Shown piece after piece: positions 27,848-38,721 of a stretch of 64,000 bases of DNA. Source of the stretch: Vicinamibacteria bacterium (lineage in GTDB: Bacteria; Acidobacteriota; Vicinamibacteria; Marinacidobacterales; Marinacidobacteraceae); contig OY729431.1 of the NCBI GenBank assembly GCA_963422395.1, forward strand, positions 2,240,001 through 2,304,000. Reading direction: 5' to 3'. The notes beneath the pieces were generated by a model. The model was not told the origin of the DNA, did no database searches, and worked only from the letters and a program-made list of their open reading frames with translations. The translations under genes and the position numbers were made by a program. The stretch's first letter is position 1; each line of letters opens with the position of its first letter.

Positions 27848-28729
27848 ATGCCCTTCTTCCCGACTCGCGCCCGGGGGCAGAACTTCCTCCACGACCGCTC
27901 GGTCGCCGAGCGGTTCGCCAGCGTTGCCCTCGAATCCGCGCGCGGCGCTTCGCCTCCGCACGAGATCGTCGAAATCGGCCCTGGAAAGGGCGCTCTCACC
28001 TTTCCGCTGCTGGCTGCCGGGGCCCGGGTGCTGGCGGTCGAGCTGGATCCCCGTCTGGTTGCGATCCTCGAGGACCGGGCGCGGCGGCTCGGCGCCGCGG
28101 AGAGACTGCGGGTCATCACCGGGGACGCGCTCCGGTTCGATCTCGCCGCAGCGATCCGCTCGTTCGGCGCCGCTCCGCCCCTGCCCGTCTGCGGCAACCT
28201 GCCGTTCTCGGCCGCCTCTCCCCTGCTGCTCCGGCTCATCGAAGGCTGTTCCGACCCCGCCGGACCGCCGCGGCTGTTCGACGCTCTGACCCTCACCCTG
28301 CAGCGCGAAGTGGCGAACCGAGTCGTTGCGCCCTGCGGCGACCCCGACTACGGGACATTGAGTGTGGTCGTGCAGCAAGCGCTCCGCGCCGAAATCCGGT
28401 TCCTGATCCACCCGGGGGCTTTCCGGCCCCGCCCCCGGGTGGTGTCCGCAGTGCTGCGTCTGACCCCCCGCACCGACCCGCCGGAAATCGGTGCCGAGAA
28501 CCACTTCCGCTCGCTGGTGCGAGAGCTCTTCAGACATCGCCGGAAGACGCTCCGGAACGGAATCGCCCGGCTCGGGGACCGAACGCTCGCCGGAAGGATG
28601 ACGGTAGCGATCGAAACGCTCGGGATCGATCCCGGACTTCGGCCCGAGCGCCTCACGATTCCCGATTTCGCCGCGCTGTCGCGCCTCACCGCTCTTGGGG
28701 CTCGCGCCACTTCATCCACAGGCTGCTAA
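27848..28729 (+). CDS. rsmA: 16S rRNA adenine dimethyltransferase
   Basis: GQNFL, EIGPGKGALT, VELD, GDAL, GNLPF, QREVA, FRPRPRV.S, RRKTLRN. Confidence 0.95.
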   Translation: MPFFPTRARGQNFLHDRSVAERFASVALESARGASPPHEIVEIGPGKGALTFPLLAAGARVLAVELDPRLVAILEDRARRLGAAERLRVITGDALRFDLAAAIRSFGAAPPLPVCGNLPFSAASPLLLRLIEGCSDPAGPPRLFDALTLTLQREVANRVVAPCGDPDYGTLSVVVQQALRAEIRFLIHPGAFRPRPRVVSAVLRLTPRTDPPEIGAENHFRSLVRELFRHRRKTLRNGIARLGDRTLAGRMTVAIETLGIDPGLRPERLTIPDFAALSRLTALGARATSSTGC

Positions 28730-28815
28730 CGAGTCGCCGGCGGCGGATCCGGCTCCTTGCGGGAGTGCTTGAGGTTTGATAGCGTAAAGTCTGCCTGTAC
28801 TTAGGTATTCTGACG

Positions 28816-29676
28816 ATGGAAACGGGCGCCGCACTGCTACTGGGAGTGGTGCAGGGGCTGACCGAATTCCTGCCGGTGTCCAGTTCGGGACACCTGGTAC
28901 TGAGCCGGGCGCTGCTGCCGGAGGGCGCGCTTTCGAGCCCTGGAGTGCTTTTCGAAGCTGTGGTGCACCTGGGGACGCTGGCCGCCGCCATGATCTTCCT
29001 GCGCCGCGAGGTCGGTTGCCTGCTGCGCGCCCTCCTGCCCGCAGGGGCGGAGACCCCCGAGTCGGTCCGCGCCGGGCGGCGGCTGATCGGGCTGCTGCTG
29101 TTGGCCACGATTCCCGCCGCAGCCTTGGGGGCGGCCTTCGCCGGCCCGATCCGGGCCGCGTTCAGCGGAACCGAATCCGCCGCGGCCGGGCTGGTACTGA
29201 CGGGAGGAGCGCTCCTCGGGCTTCGGCCTCGCGCCGGAACGAAAGCCGAAGCCCGCGGCACCCGCGGTTCGATTCCGCCCCCCCCGAAGAGGGCCCGCGA
29301 CGCGCTCGTCATCGGCTTCGCGCAAGCGCTCGCCCTCCTGCCAGGGGTCTCTCGCTCCGGTCTCACCATTCTCGCTGCCCAGGCGCGCGGTCTGACCGGG
29401 GGCGACGCGGCGCGGTTCAGTTTCCTGCTGTCGGGGCCGGTGATCGCAGGCGCGGCGGCGCTCGAAACCGTGACCGCGCTTTCCGGAGAAGGACTCGGGG
29501 CGTCCGCGAGCGGAATCGTCGCCATCGAGCTCGCCGTCGGATTCGTCGCCGCGTTCGGTTCCGGAACGCTCGCGCTTCGCTGGGTGTTCGGCTGGCTCGC
29601 CCGGAAGCGCTTTCACCAATTCGGCTGGTACTGCCTCTGCGCAGGGGGAATCGGGCTTGGTCTTTCGAGCGCTTAG
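28816..29676 (+). CDS. uppP: Undecaprenyl-diphosphate phosphatase
   Basis: GVVQGLTEFLPVSSSGHL, HLGT, PGVSRSG, ARFSFLL. Confidence 0.96.
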   Translation: METGAALLLGVVQGLTEFLPVSSSGHLVLSRALLPEGALSSPGVLFEAVVHLGTLAAAMIFLRREVGCLLRALLPAGAETPESVRAGRRLIGLLLLATIPAAALGAAFAGPIRAAFSGTESAAAGLVLTGGALLGLRPRAGTKAEARGTRGSIPPPPKRARDALVIGFAQALALLPGVSRSGLTILAAQARGLTGGDAARFSFLLSGPVIAGAAALETVTALSGEGLGASASGIVAIELAVGFVAAFGSGTLALRWVFGWLARKRFHQFGWYCLCAGGIGLGLSSA

Positions 29677-31993
29677 GGCGGTCTTCGGCCACCGGTCGGT
29701 GTTCGGCATCGCCTGGATCGCCGCCGCCGTCTTCCTGTCGGCCGCGCTCGTCTCCCATTCGCCGGAGGACCCGGTGCCGCTGCTGACTGCCGGTCGGAAC
29801 ACAGCTCCCTCGAATTGGCTGGGGCCGATGGGAGCATTCCTCTCCGAGGTAACCCTCCAGCTCGTGGGGTGGATCGGTTTCGCGATCCCGGTACTGCTGT
29901 TCGAGGCTGGGCGGAAGCGGCTTTGGCCAGCGGCTCCGGAGGAGCGAACCCTCCCGCTGGTGCGGGGCCTCATCTTCTCCGGTCTGGCGGTCAGCGTCAC
30001 CGGGCTCGCCGCGCTGGCCCAGGCAGCCCTGGGCAGCACCGGAGAAGGCGAATCCGGTTGGGGCGGACTCTTGGGCGAGCTCGTCGCTTCGGGCCTCTCG
30101 AACGCCATGAATCCGCTGGGGGCGGGGCTGGTGCTCGGAGCGCTGGGCCTCATCATCGGCTGCACTTCGCTGCGGGAGTGGGGCCCCGGGTCGAAGCCCG
30201 CGCGGGAACGGCGCAAGACGAAGCTGGCGAAGGTGATGGCGAGCATTCGAAGCCGCCTGCGGTCGAGGCCCGAGGCCAGGAGCGCACCGCGCCGCTTCGT
30301 CTTCCGCATCGTGCGCAAACGCGCTGCCCCTCCTCCGCCTCCGGAATCCGAAGAATCCGGCGAACCCGAAGAAGAAGCAGCGCCTGCAGCCGCAGCGAGT
30401 GGAGGAATCGAGAGAAGAGGCAAGCGCGTTCGCGCACGAAGCGCAGCCCCTCCCGACCTCCTGCGGGCCCCCAACGCCGCGAAGAACGGGGCCCGGGAGT
30501 CCCGTCCCTGGAAGCTCCCCTCCCTCCAGCTGCTGACCCGCCGCGCACACCAGCCCGCGCCCGGGCGCAAGGCCCTCGAAGAACGCCGCAAGGCGCTCGA
30601 AGCCGCCTGCCTCGAACACGGCGTCCGCGGACAAGTGGACCGCATCCAACCCGGGCCGGTGGTGACCACCTTCGAGTTCCGGCTGGGCGAAGGCGAGACG
30701 CTGAACAAACTCAAGAACCGGCACGAAGAGATCTGCATGGCGCTGCGGGCACCGGCGATCCGGGTGGAACGGATTCGGGGAAAGGGGGTGGTGGGGATCG
30801 AGGTCCCCAACGAAACCCCCTCCATCGTCGGACTTCGGGAAATCCTCGAGGCGCCGGAATTCCAAACGGACAAAGGAGCGCTGCCGGTCGCCGTCGGGCG
30901 GCTCGTGGACGGAAGGCCGCTGGTCAAGAACCTCGCCGACATGCCCCACCTGCTGATCGCGGGCGCGACCGGCGCCGGCAAGTCGGTACAGATCAACACC
31001 CTGCTTTGCTCGCTGCTCATCCGCTGCGCCCCGGACGAGCTGCGGCTGATCCTCATCGACCCCAAACGGGTGGAGCTCCGTCCCTATCGCAACATCCCGC
31101 ATCTCCTCACTCCGCTCATCCTGGAGCCGGACAAGGCGAAAACGGTGCTGCAGCATGCCTGCCGCGAGCTGGACCGCCGCACCCGGATCCTCGAGGAGCA
31201 TGGCGTGCGCAACATCGACGGCTACAACCGCCAGGTGGAACGGCTCGATGCGGAACGCACCGGAAAGCGGCGGCGGAAGAATCCGGAGGAAGCGATCCCG
31301 AAGCCGATGCCGCGGCTCGTGATCGTGGTGGACGAACTCGCCGATCTGTTCATCCACGCGAAGGCGGAGGTCACTCCGGCGATCCAGCGGCTGCTCAGCC
31401 TCGGGCGCGCCGAGGGGATCCATCTGGTACTCGCGACCCAGCGGCCCTCGACCGACATCGTGAGCGGCACGCTCAAGGCGAACTTGCCCACCCGGATCGC
31501 CTTTCGGGTGGCCAGCTATGTGGATTCGCGGACGATCCTCGATCGAGTGGGCGCCGAGGGACTTCTCGGAAAGGGCGACATGCTCATGATGCGTCCGGGC
31601 GCCGACCTGCCGCGGGCGCAGGGCGGGTTCGTGGACGAGAAGGAAGTGGGTCGGCTCGTCGCGTTCTGGGAAAGCGCAGCCGAACCGGCGTTCGACGAGA
31701 CCATGCTGGAGGAAGAAGTGCCGGGAGAGACGGCGGCGCAGGGGGCGGAGATGCTGACCTCGCTGACGCGCTCCCCCGGCCCGGGGGCCTCGGCCCGGGG
31801 GGGCGGGGATTCGCTCCTGCCACAGGCCCGCGAGCTGATCGTCCGGGAGCAGAAGGCATCGACTTCGATGCTGCAAACGGAGCTGGGCCTCGGGTATCAG
31901 CGGGCGCGCCGGATCGTCGCCGAACTGGAACGGCAGGGGATCGTGGGACCGTCGCGGGGTGCGCAGCCGCGCGAAGTCCTGGTGCAGCAGTGA
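29657..31993 (+). CDS. ftsK: DNA translocase FtsK
   Basis: N-terminal TM region, MPHLLIAGATGAGKS, IDPKRVEL, VVDELADL, LATQRPS, gamma domain GYQRARRI. Confidence 0.96.
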   Translation: MVFRALRAVFGHRSVFGIAWIAAAVFLSAALVSHSPEDPVPLLTAGRNTAPSNWLGPMGAFLSEVTLQLVGWIGFAIPVLLFEAGRKRLWPAAPEERTLPLVRGLIFSGLAVSVTGLAALAQAALGSTGEGESGWGGLLGELVASGLSNAMNPLGAGLVLGALGLIIGCTSLREWGPGSKPARERRKTKLAKVMASIRSRLRSRPEARSAPRRFVFRIVRKRAAPPPPPESEESGEPEEEAAPAAAASGGIERRGKRVRARSAAPPDLLRAPNAAKNGARESRPWKLPSLQLLTRRAHQPAPGRKALEERRKALEAACLEHGVRGQVDRIQPGPVVTTFEFRLGEGETLNKLKNRHEEICMALRAPAIRVERIRGKGVVGIEVPNETPSIVGLREILEAPEFQTDKGALPVAVGRLVDGRPLVKNLADMPHLLIAGATGAGKSVQINTLLCSLLIRCAPDELRLILIDPKRVELRPYRNIPHLLTPLILEPDKAKTVLQHACRELDRRTRILEEHGVRNIDGYNRQVERLDAERTGKRRRKNPEEAIPKPMPRLVIVVDELADLFIHAKAEVTPAIQRLLSLGRAEGIHLVLATQRPSTDIVSGTLKANLPTRIAFRVASYVDSRTILDRVGAEGLLGKGDMLMMRPGADLPRAQGGFVDEKEVGRLVAFWESAAEPAFDETMLEEEVPGETAAQGAEMLTSLTRSPGPGASARGGGDSLLPQARELIVREQKASTSMLQTELGLGYQRARRIVAELERQGIVGPSRGAQPREVLVQQ

Positions 31994-33933
31994 TGCGCAT
32001 CGCCTCGTCGGCGCTAGCCGCCCTGATCGGGTTCGGGTCATCGAACCTCACTCCGGCCGCCGGGTCCGGTTTTCCCTCCGGATCTCACCGGCCGCCGGAA
32101 CGGGGAACCGCGAACGGCGAGTGGAGAGCGCTCCCTCCGGCGAAGCAGCTCTACGAAACGGCGCGGCGGGCGGAGGGAAAGCTGCGCGGCTCGCCGCGGG
32201 CGATGCGCGACCGCGAGAGCTGGGCGCGCGTAGGGCGTCAGTTCCGGGCCGTAGTGGTTTCCTGGCCCCGGAGCGGCTATTGCGATGACGCGCTCTATTA
32301 CGAGGGCAGCGTGTACCGGGACGCGGCGGAGCGTTTCGGCGACCGGCGGTTCGCGGTCCGGGCGAACGACGCCTATGGACTGCTGGTTCGGGGGTATCCG
32401 GCCAGCAAGTGGGTTCCCCGAGCGCTGTACGAGCAGGTTCGACTCCATGCCGGCCGCCTCGCGGACCCCACACTGGCCCGACGCATCCTGGCGAAGCTCC
32501 GGAAGAAGCCGTCGTGGGCAGCGGAGGCCCGGCTGGCGGCGGGCATTCTCGACCCTCCGGCGAAAAGGGAATCCGCGGCGCCGGCGGCGGCACCGCCGCC
32601 TACGGCTCCGCCCCCCGCCGTCCAGACGAAAAATGTCACATCCAGACGCGAGCCGCCCGCCTCCCCTCCGGCCATCGTCCGCAACATCCGGCACTGGGTA
32701 GGGCAGTCGCACACCCGCGTCGTGATCGATCTGAACAAACGGGCGCCTCACACGGAGGGGCAGCTCCGCAACCCCGACCGGGTGTTCTTCGACCTCCACG
32801 GGGCGTCGCTCGCCGAAACCCTGGAAGACCGCGAGTTTCCGATCGCGGATTCCCATCTCCGCCGCATCCGCGTCTCGAATCGGGAACCGCAAGATGTTCG
32901 CGTGGTGCTCGATTTCTCGAGCATCCGGGAGGTGACGGTCTTCGAATTGCCCGATCCCTATCGGCTGGTGGTGGACATCCACGGAGCGCCGCCGGTGGCG
33001 GTGGCGGCAGCGGGAAACCCGGAAACGGAAGCCGAGCCCCCGGACCTGTCGGCGGAACGGCCGGCGGCCGCGGAGGGAATTCGGACGGCCGAGGGGGAAG
33101 CTGCCGCCGCTTCCGCCCCGGTCGAGAGCGGTGCCGCTCCGCGGCCCGAAGCGCCGGCGGAGCTGGGAGCGCCGACGCTGCCCGAGCGAAGCGGCACCGG
33201 TTATTCGCTCGCGCGTCAGCTGGGCGCCGGAGTGCGGCGCATCGTGATCGATGCCGGACACGGAGGCAAGGATCCGGGAACCCGGGCCGGAAGCCTCCGC
33301 GAGAAGGACATCGTCCTCGACATCGCGACGATGGTTCGCGAGAACCTGGAGGAAAGAGGGTTCGAGGTGGTGATGACCCGGCACCGGGATGTGTTCCTGC
33401 CACTCGAGCAGCGCGCCTTCATCGCCAACGACGCGAGCGCCGACATCTTCGTCTCCATCCATGCGAACGCCGCGCGAAACCGGCGGGCGCGCGGCCTCGA
33501 AACCTTCTACCTGAACCTCGCGACTTCACCCGACGCCGCCGAGGTGGCAGCGCGCGAGAACGCCGCCACCAGCGAAGTCCGCATCTCGGACCTGCCGAAA
33601 CTGCTGGAACAGATCATGAACCACAACCGGGTGGAGGAATCCCGGGAGCTGGCGGGCACGATGCAGGAAGCGATCGCCGAGCGAATTCTCGGGAGGGTGA
33701 AGCATCCGCTGAATCGGGGAGTGAAGACCGCGGGCTTCCATGTGCTGCTGGGGGCGCAGATGCCGGCCATCCTGGTGGAGGTCGGTTTCGTCACCAACTC
33801 CGAAGAAGCGAAGCTGCTTCGGACGAGCGCCCACCGCCGGAAACTGGCGGCGTCCATCAGCGAAGGGGTCGCGCGCTACGCGAAGACCCTGGGGCAGCTC
33901 CCCGCCGCGACCGCCGACCGGTCCGGGCAGTGA
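31993..33933 (+). CDS. N-acetylmuramoyl-L-alanine amidase (helical N-terminus, AMIN, Amidase_3)
   Basis: TRVVIDL..NPDRVFFD, PYRLVVDI, IDAGHGGKDPG, FVSIHANA, ILVEVGF; ATG overlaps the ftsK stop. Confidence 0.92.
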   Translation: MRIASSALAALIGFGSSNLTPAAGSGFPSGSHRPPERGTANGEWRALPPAKQLYETARRAEGKLRGSPRAMRDRESWARVGRQFRAVVVSWPRSGYCDDALYYEGSVYRDAAERFGDRRFAVRANDAYGLLVRGYPASKWVPRALYEQVRLHAGRLADPTLARRILAKLRKKPSWAAEARLAAGILDPPAKRESAAPAAAPPPTAPPPAVQTKNVTSRREPPASPPAIVRNIRHWVGQSHTRVVIDLNKRAPHTEGQLRNPDRVFFDLHGASLAETLEDREFPIADSHLRRIRVSNREPQDVRVVLDFSSIREVTVFELPDPYRLVVDIHGAPPVAVAAAGNPETEAEPPDLSAERPAAAEGIRTAEGEAAAASAPVESGAAPRPEAPAELGAPTLPERSGTGYSLARQLGAGVRRIVIDAGHGGKDPGTRAGSLREKDIVLDIATMVRENLEERGFEVVMTRHRDVFLPLEQRAFIANDASADIFVSIHANAARNRRARGLETFYLNLATSPDAAEVAARENAATSEVRISDLPKLLEQIMNHNRVEESRELAGTMQEAIAERILGRVKHPLNRGVKTAGFHVLLGAQMPAILVEVGFVTNSEEAKLLRTSAHRRKLAASISEGVARYAKTLGQLPAATADRSGQ

Positions 33934-33979
33934 TTTCGGCCGGCCTTCTCCGGCCCTGCTGCACTCCTCATGCCTGCCG

Positions 33980-34052
<73 letters not shown>

Positions 34053-34139
34053 TGCTGGCAACCTGTGGCCGACTGCCGTGCGGCTTCCTCCGCAGGCGGC
34101 TGACGCCGCACCCCGAGGGCGCGATAGTTTCGCACAGCG

Positions 34140-35171
34140 TCACTCGTCGGCGGACTCGGCCGGCAGATCGAGCGCCTCCCGCACCCGGGACTCCAGCTCG
34201 GCGAGCAGGGGCTCGTCCTCGAGGAGGGCGCGGCGGACCTTCTCCTTTCCCTGGCCGATCTGTTCGCCGCCGTAGGAGTACCACGCGCCGCTCTTCTCGA
34301 TGATCCGTTCGCGCACGCCGAGATCGACGAGATCCCCGACCCGGGAGATGCCCTCACCGTAGCGGACATCGAACTCGGCCTGGCGGAACGGGGGGGCCAC
34401 CTTGTTCTTGACGATCTTGACCCGGGTGCGGTTGCCGACCACGGTATCCCCTTCCTTGAGCGCGCCGATCCGGCGGATGTCCACCCGCACCGAGGAATAG
34501 AACTTGAGCGCGCGGCCGCCGGTGGTGGTCTCGGGGCTGCCGAACATGACCCCGATCTTTTCGCGGAGCTGATTGATGAAGACGAGACAGGTCGCCGACT
34601 TGGAGACGATTCCGGTCAGCTTCCGGAGGGCCTTCGACATGAGCCGGGCCTGCAGCCCCACCTGCGCGTCACCCATCTCGCCGTCGAGTTCGGCGCGGGG
34701 CACGAGGGCCGCCACCGAATCCACGATGACGACATCCACCGAGCCGCTCCGCACCAGTGTTTCGGTGATCTCGAGCGCCTGTTCGCCGTCATCGGGCTGG
34801 GACACCAGCAGTTCCTCGATGTTCACTCCGAGGGCACGGGAATATTCGGGATCGAGGGCATGTTCGGCGTCCACGAAGGCCGCCACGCCGCCCCCGGCCT
34901 GGGCCGAAGCGACCACCGTCAAAGCCAGGGTGGTCTTCCCCGACGATTCCGGACCGAAGACCTCGACGACACGCCCGCGGGGGAACCCGCCGACTCCGAG
35001 GGCGGCATCCACCGAGAGAATCCGGGTCGGGATCGCCGAAATATCCATCGCCGACGACCCGAGCTGCATGATGGCGCCCTGGCCGTACTGCTTCTTGATC
35101 TGCTCGATAGCGATGTCGAGCGCCCGGGAGCGCTGGTCGACAGCCCGGTTCGACTGGGGTTTCGATGGCAT
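34140..35171 (-). CDS. recA: Recombinase A
   Basis: [54 protein letters not shown]. Confidence 0.99.
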   Translation of the reverse strand: MPSKPQSNRAVDQRSRALDIAIEQIKKQYGQGAIMQLGSSAMDISAIPTRILSVDAALGVGGFPRGRVVEVFGPESSGKTTLALTVVASAQAGGGVAAFVDAEHALDPEYSRALGVNIEELLVSQPDDGEQALEITETLVRSGSVDVVIVDSVAALVPRAELDGEMGDAQVGLQARLMSKALRKLTGIVSKSATCLVFINQLREKIGVMFGSPETTTGGRALKFYSSVRVDIRRIGALKEGDTVVGNRTRVKIVKNKVAPPFRQAEFDVRYGEGISRVGDLVDLGVRERIIEKSGAWYSYGGEQIGQGKEKVRRALLEDEPLLAELESRVREALDLPAESADE

Positions 35172-35297
35172 CGAGGGAACCTCCTGCGGTTCGTGCGGAT
35201 CGGGAGCGGCGGTTTGCCGCCGGCATCCGAATTCGGAATCTGACTCTAGAGACGGAAATCGGGACGGTTTCTTCCCACCCTGCCCCAAAAAGCCGGT

Positions 35298-36185
35298 TCA
35301 GACGGAAGCGGAACCTCTCGGTTCCCGGTAGTCGAAGAAGCCGCGGCCCGTCTTTTTCCCCAGCCTTCCGGCATCCACGAGCTTCACGAGCAGCGGGCAG
35401 GGGCGATAGCGGGGGTCCCCGTACCCGGCCTGCAGCACGCGCAAGATGTCGAGGACCACATCGAGTCCGATGAAGTCGGCGAGGGTGAGCGGCCCCATCG
35501 GGTGGCGCATTCCGAGCCGCATGATCCGGTCGATGTCCTCGGCGGAGCCGACGCCCTCCATGAGCGCCCCGGCGGCCTCGTTGATCATCGGAATGAGGAT
35601 CCGGTTGGCGACGAAGCCGGGAGCGTCGTTCACTGCGCACGGAGTCTTTCCCAACCGCCGGGCGAGGTCCATGGTGTGGTCGAAGACGGCGTCCGAAGTA
35701 GCGAGCCCGCGGATGACCTCGACGAGTTCCATCACCGGAACCGGATTCATGAAGTGCATGCCGATGAACCGGTCTGCGCGGCCGGAGGCGGCACCGAGCC
35801 GAGTGATCGAGATCGAGGAGGTGTTCGTGGCGACGACCGCCTCCCGGGCGAGGAGGGAATCGAGGTCCTCGTAGAGGGCGCGTTTCCTCGCCTCGTCCTC
35901 GACGATGGCCTCGACGATGAAACCGGAATCGGCGGCGGGAGCCAATCCGGTCCCCGGCCGGATACGGGCGAGCGCGGCCTTCGCTTCAGCCTCCCGGATC
36001 GTGCCGCGCTTCACCAGGCGGCCGAGGTTCTTCTCGATCGCGGCCATGCCGCGCGCAGTGAGCGCTTCGCCGAGGTCGAGGAGGCGCACCTCGAAACCGG
36101 CAGCGGCGAAGACCTGGGCGATTCCGTTCCCCATCGTGCCGGCGCCGATCACGGCGGCCCGTTCGAAGTGCCCGGGATCAGGCAA
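35298..36185 (-). CDS. hbd: 3-hydroxybutyryl-CoA dehydrogenase
   Basis: [43 protein letters not shown]; TTG start overlapping the thiolase end. Confidence 0.93.
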   Translation of the reverse strand: MPDPGHFERAAVIGAGTMGNGIAQVFAAAGFEVRLLDLGEALTARGMAAIEKNLGRLVKRGTIREAEAKAALARIRPGTGLAPAADSGFIVEAIVEDEARKRALYEDLDSLLAREAVVATNTSSISITRLGAASGRADRFIGMHFMNPVPVMELVEVIRGLATSDAVFDHTMDLARRLGKTPCAVNDAPGFVANRILIPMINEAAGALMEGVGSAEDIDRIMRLGMRHPMGPLTLADFIGLDVVLDILRVLQAGYGDPRYRPCPLLVKLVDAGRLGKKTGRGFFDYREPRGSASV

Positions 36186-37452
36186 CTTCGACTCCGAGGG
36201 CGATTCCGTTCCCGCCGCCGAGACAGAGACTCGCCACGCCGCGGGCCGGTCTCGCCGCGCTCGGCGCCGCTTCCCCCCGCCGCTGCCTTCCGCCACCCGT
36301 CGCCGCGGAATAGAGCAGGGTGGTCAGGATGCGGGCGCCGCTCGCTCCGATGGGATGTCCGAGCGCGACGGCTCCGCCCTTCGGGTTCGTGCGGTCCGAG
36401 GGGAGCGAGAGTTCACGCTGTACCGCGACCGTCTGCGCCGCGAACGCCTCGTTGATCTCGAAGCAGTCCACTTCGTCCACCGTCCATTCGAGCCGCTGGA
36501 GCAGGGTGCGCACCGCGGGCACCGGAGTCATCATCACCCATTCGGGATCGAGCCCGGAAACCGACTGCCCGACGATGCGGGCGAAGCGTGGAAGCTGGAA
36601 ACGGCGGACGGCGGTGTCCGAGGCGATCACCAGCGCGGCGGCGCCGTCGTTCACTCCCGGGGCATTCCCGGCGGTGACCCGGCCCCCTTCGCGGAAAATC
36701 GGGCGCAGACGGGAAAGCGTTTCTACGGTGGTGTCCGGACGGATGGCCTCGTCGCGGTCCACGAAGCGGACGCCCTTCCGGTCCGTGACTTCCACCGGGA
36801 GCAGTTCGGCGGCGAACCGACCGGCCTCGGTCGCCGCGAATGCGCGGCGATGGCTCTCGACGGCAGCAGCATCCATCGCCTCCCGGGTCACACCGTAGCG
36901 GTCGGCGGCGCGCTCGGCGGTCTCACCCATGGGGATGCCGAGCATTGCGTCGGTGAGGCCGTCGTGGACCAGCGAGTCCACGAGCTGCCCATTTCCCATC
37001 CGCCGCCCCGCGCGCAGTCCGGAGAGCAGGTGCGGCACGTTGGACATGGACTCCATGCCGCCGGCGACCACGATCTCCGCGTCGCCGGACAGAATCGCCT
37101 GGCGCGCCAGCATCACCGCCTTGAGGCCGGAACCACAGACCTTGTTGATGGTGAGCGCCGCGGCGGCGGGAGGGAGTCCCGCCCGCAGGGCAGCCTGGCG
37201 GGCCGGGTTCTGCCCGAGTCCGGCGCCGAGGACATTGCCGAGGATGACTTCATCCACGGCCTCGGGAGGTACCCCGGCGCGGGCCACCGCTTCCCGAACC
37301 ACCAGGGCGCCGAGCTCGGGGGCGGAGAGGGGCGCAAGGCCGCCGAGCAATCTGCCGATGGGGGTGCGGACCGCCGAAGCGATCCAGACCGGTGAGCGCC
37401 CTCCCGGCGGGACGGAAGAGAAAGGGGCCGGAGCGGCCGGGAGAGGACTCAT
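36178..37452 (-). CDS. Acetyl-CoA C-acetyltransferase (thiolase)
   Basis: [41 protein letters not shown]. Confidence 0.95.
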   Translation of the reverse strand: MSPLPAAPAPFSSVPPGGRSPVWIASAVRTPIGRLLGGLAPLSAPELGALVVREAVARAGVPPEAVDEVILGNVLGAGLGQNPARQAALRAGLPPAAAALTINKVCGSGLKAVMLARQAILSGDAEIVVAGGMESMSNVPHLLSGLRAGRRMGNGQLVDSLVHDGLTDAMLGIPMGETAERAADRYGVTREAMDAAAVESHRRAFAATEAGRFAAELLPVEVTDRKGVRFVDRDEAIRPDTTVETLSRLRPIFREGGRVTAGNAPGVNDGAAALVIASDTAVRRFQLPRFARIVGQSVSGLDPEWVMMTPVPAVRTLLQRLEWTVDEVDCFEINEAFAAQTVAVQRELSLPSDRTNPKGGAVALGHPIGASGARILTTLLYSAATGGGRQRRGEAAPSAARPARGVASLCLGGGNGIALGVEVA

Positions 37453-37823
37453 GCACCGCCAGGGGATCCCGGACTGCGCTTCGCGGTCCGGGCCCCGGAG
37501 CCGAGAACGCGCAGCCTGAGCCTCGCGTCCGGGAGGCCCGCGGCGCCGAGCAGGGCGGTGCGCATTTCCTTCGTTCGGCGGCGAACCCGAGAAACCACTG
37601 CCGGATCCTCGACCCGGATCGTCAGCACGCCCCGTTCGAGGGCTTCGGGAACCGCCTGGCCGGAGAGGTCTTCGGGGACCACCCGGGGCCAGAGTTCGCG
37701 GACGAAAGCGAGATCGAGGAGGCGTTCCTGAACGCGGCGCGGAAGCGCGAGACCGAGCAGCTCACCCACCGGAACCGGATCGCCTCGCCGCCGGCTCGGG
37801 AACGCCGGGGAAACGCTCCGCAT
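37449..37823 (-). CDS. DUF721/DciA-like protein
   Basis: PVGELL...WPRVV...ERGVLTIRVEDP pattern. Confidence 0.6.
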   Translation of the reverse strand: MRSVSPAFPSRRRGDPVPVGELLGLALPRRVQERLLDLAFVRELWPRVVPEDLSGQAVPEALERGVLTIRVEDPAVVSRVRRRTKEMRTALLGAAGLPDARLRLRVLGSGARTAKRSPGSPGGA

Positions 37824-38040
37824 CGAAGAGGATGGTATCGCGCCGGAGGAGAGGGAACCGCTATTCGCAGCCGTGCCCAGCCCGCAGTCTTCGCCGCCAG
37901 AAGCGGCGCGCGTGCCGCGGTGCGGAGGGGAGCCCGGCGCAGTGGCGCCGAGATACTTCGCAGCTCGTCGGCCGGGGGCCTCTGTCCACAGGCTGCTATA
38001 GTCGCCGCTCTCGGAAGACCGATCGTTTCGGAGGACTTCG

Positions 38041-38721
38041 ATGGCCCAGACCAAGCATCCAGAAGATCCGCGCCGGGGACTCGCCGGCGAGGGCCGCGGG
38101 ACGGCGGAGACGCGGGCTTCCGGTTCGTTTTCCCGGCGTCGCTTCCTGAAGGGGAGCGCAGCCGCCGGGGCTGCGTCGGCCGGGCTGTTTCCGGGATTTC
38201 TCGATGACGCCGCGGCGCAGGGCGAACCGGGAGTCGCCGGACCCGACGCGGTGGACATGGCGTTCCGGATCAACGGGAAAGCGTACGTGGCCACCCTGGA
38301 ACCGCGGGTGACGCTTCTCGATGCCCTGCGCAACCATCTGGATCTGACCGGCTCGAAAAAAGTCTGCGACCGCGGAACCTGCGGGGCCTGTACCGTGCTG
38401 CTCGACGGCGAACCGGCGTATGCGTGTTCCGTGCTGGCGATCGAGGCCCAGGGCACTGCGATCACCACCATCGAGGGTCTCGGTTCCCCGGAGCGGATGC
38501 ACCCGATCCAACAGGCGTTCGTGGACCACGACGCCCAGCAGTGCGGCTTCTGCACGCCGGGATTCGTAGTGGCGAGCAAAGCGCTGCTCGACCGTCATCC
38601 CAACCCCGACCTGGACACGATCCACCGGGAACTGGGCGGCAATCTCTGCCGCTGCGGCACCTACGCCGGAATCCGGGCGGCGGTGGCTCAGGCCTCCGGA
38701 GGAGGAACAGCGAATGGCTGA
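38041..38721 (+). CDS. Xanthine dehydrogenase-family 2Fe-2S subunit with Tat signal (PaoA/YagT-like)
   Basis: SRRRFLKG; CDRGTCGAC; QCGFC; CRC. Confidence 0.93.
   Translation: MAQTKHPEDPRRGLAGEGRGTAETRASGSFSRRRFLKGSAAAGAASAGLFPGFLDDAAAQGEPGVAGPDAVDMAFRINGKAYVATLEPRVTLLDALRNHLDLTGSKKVCDRGTCGACTVLLDGEPAYACSVLAIEAQGTAITTIEGLGSPERMHPIQQAFVDHDAQQCGFCTPGFVVASKALLDRHPNPDLDTIHRELGGNLCRCGTYAGIRAAVAQASGGGTANG

Noticed and set aside
29815-31992. 1372-aa amidase fusion in the ORF track
   Set aside because: The first 726 codons are an off-frame overlap with ftsK; the real gene starts at ATG 31993.
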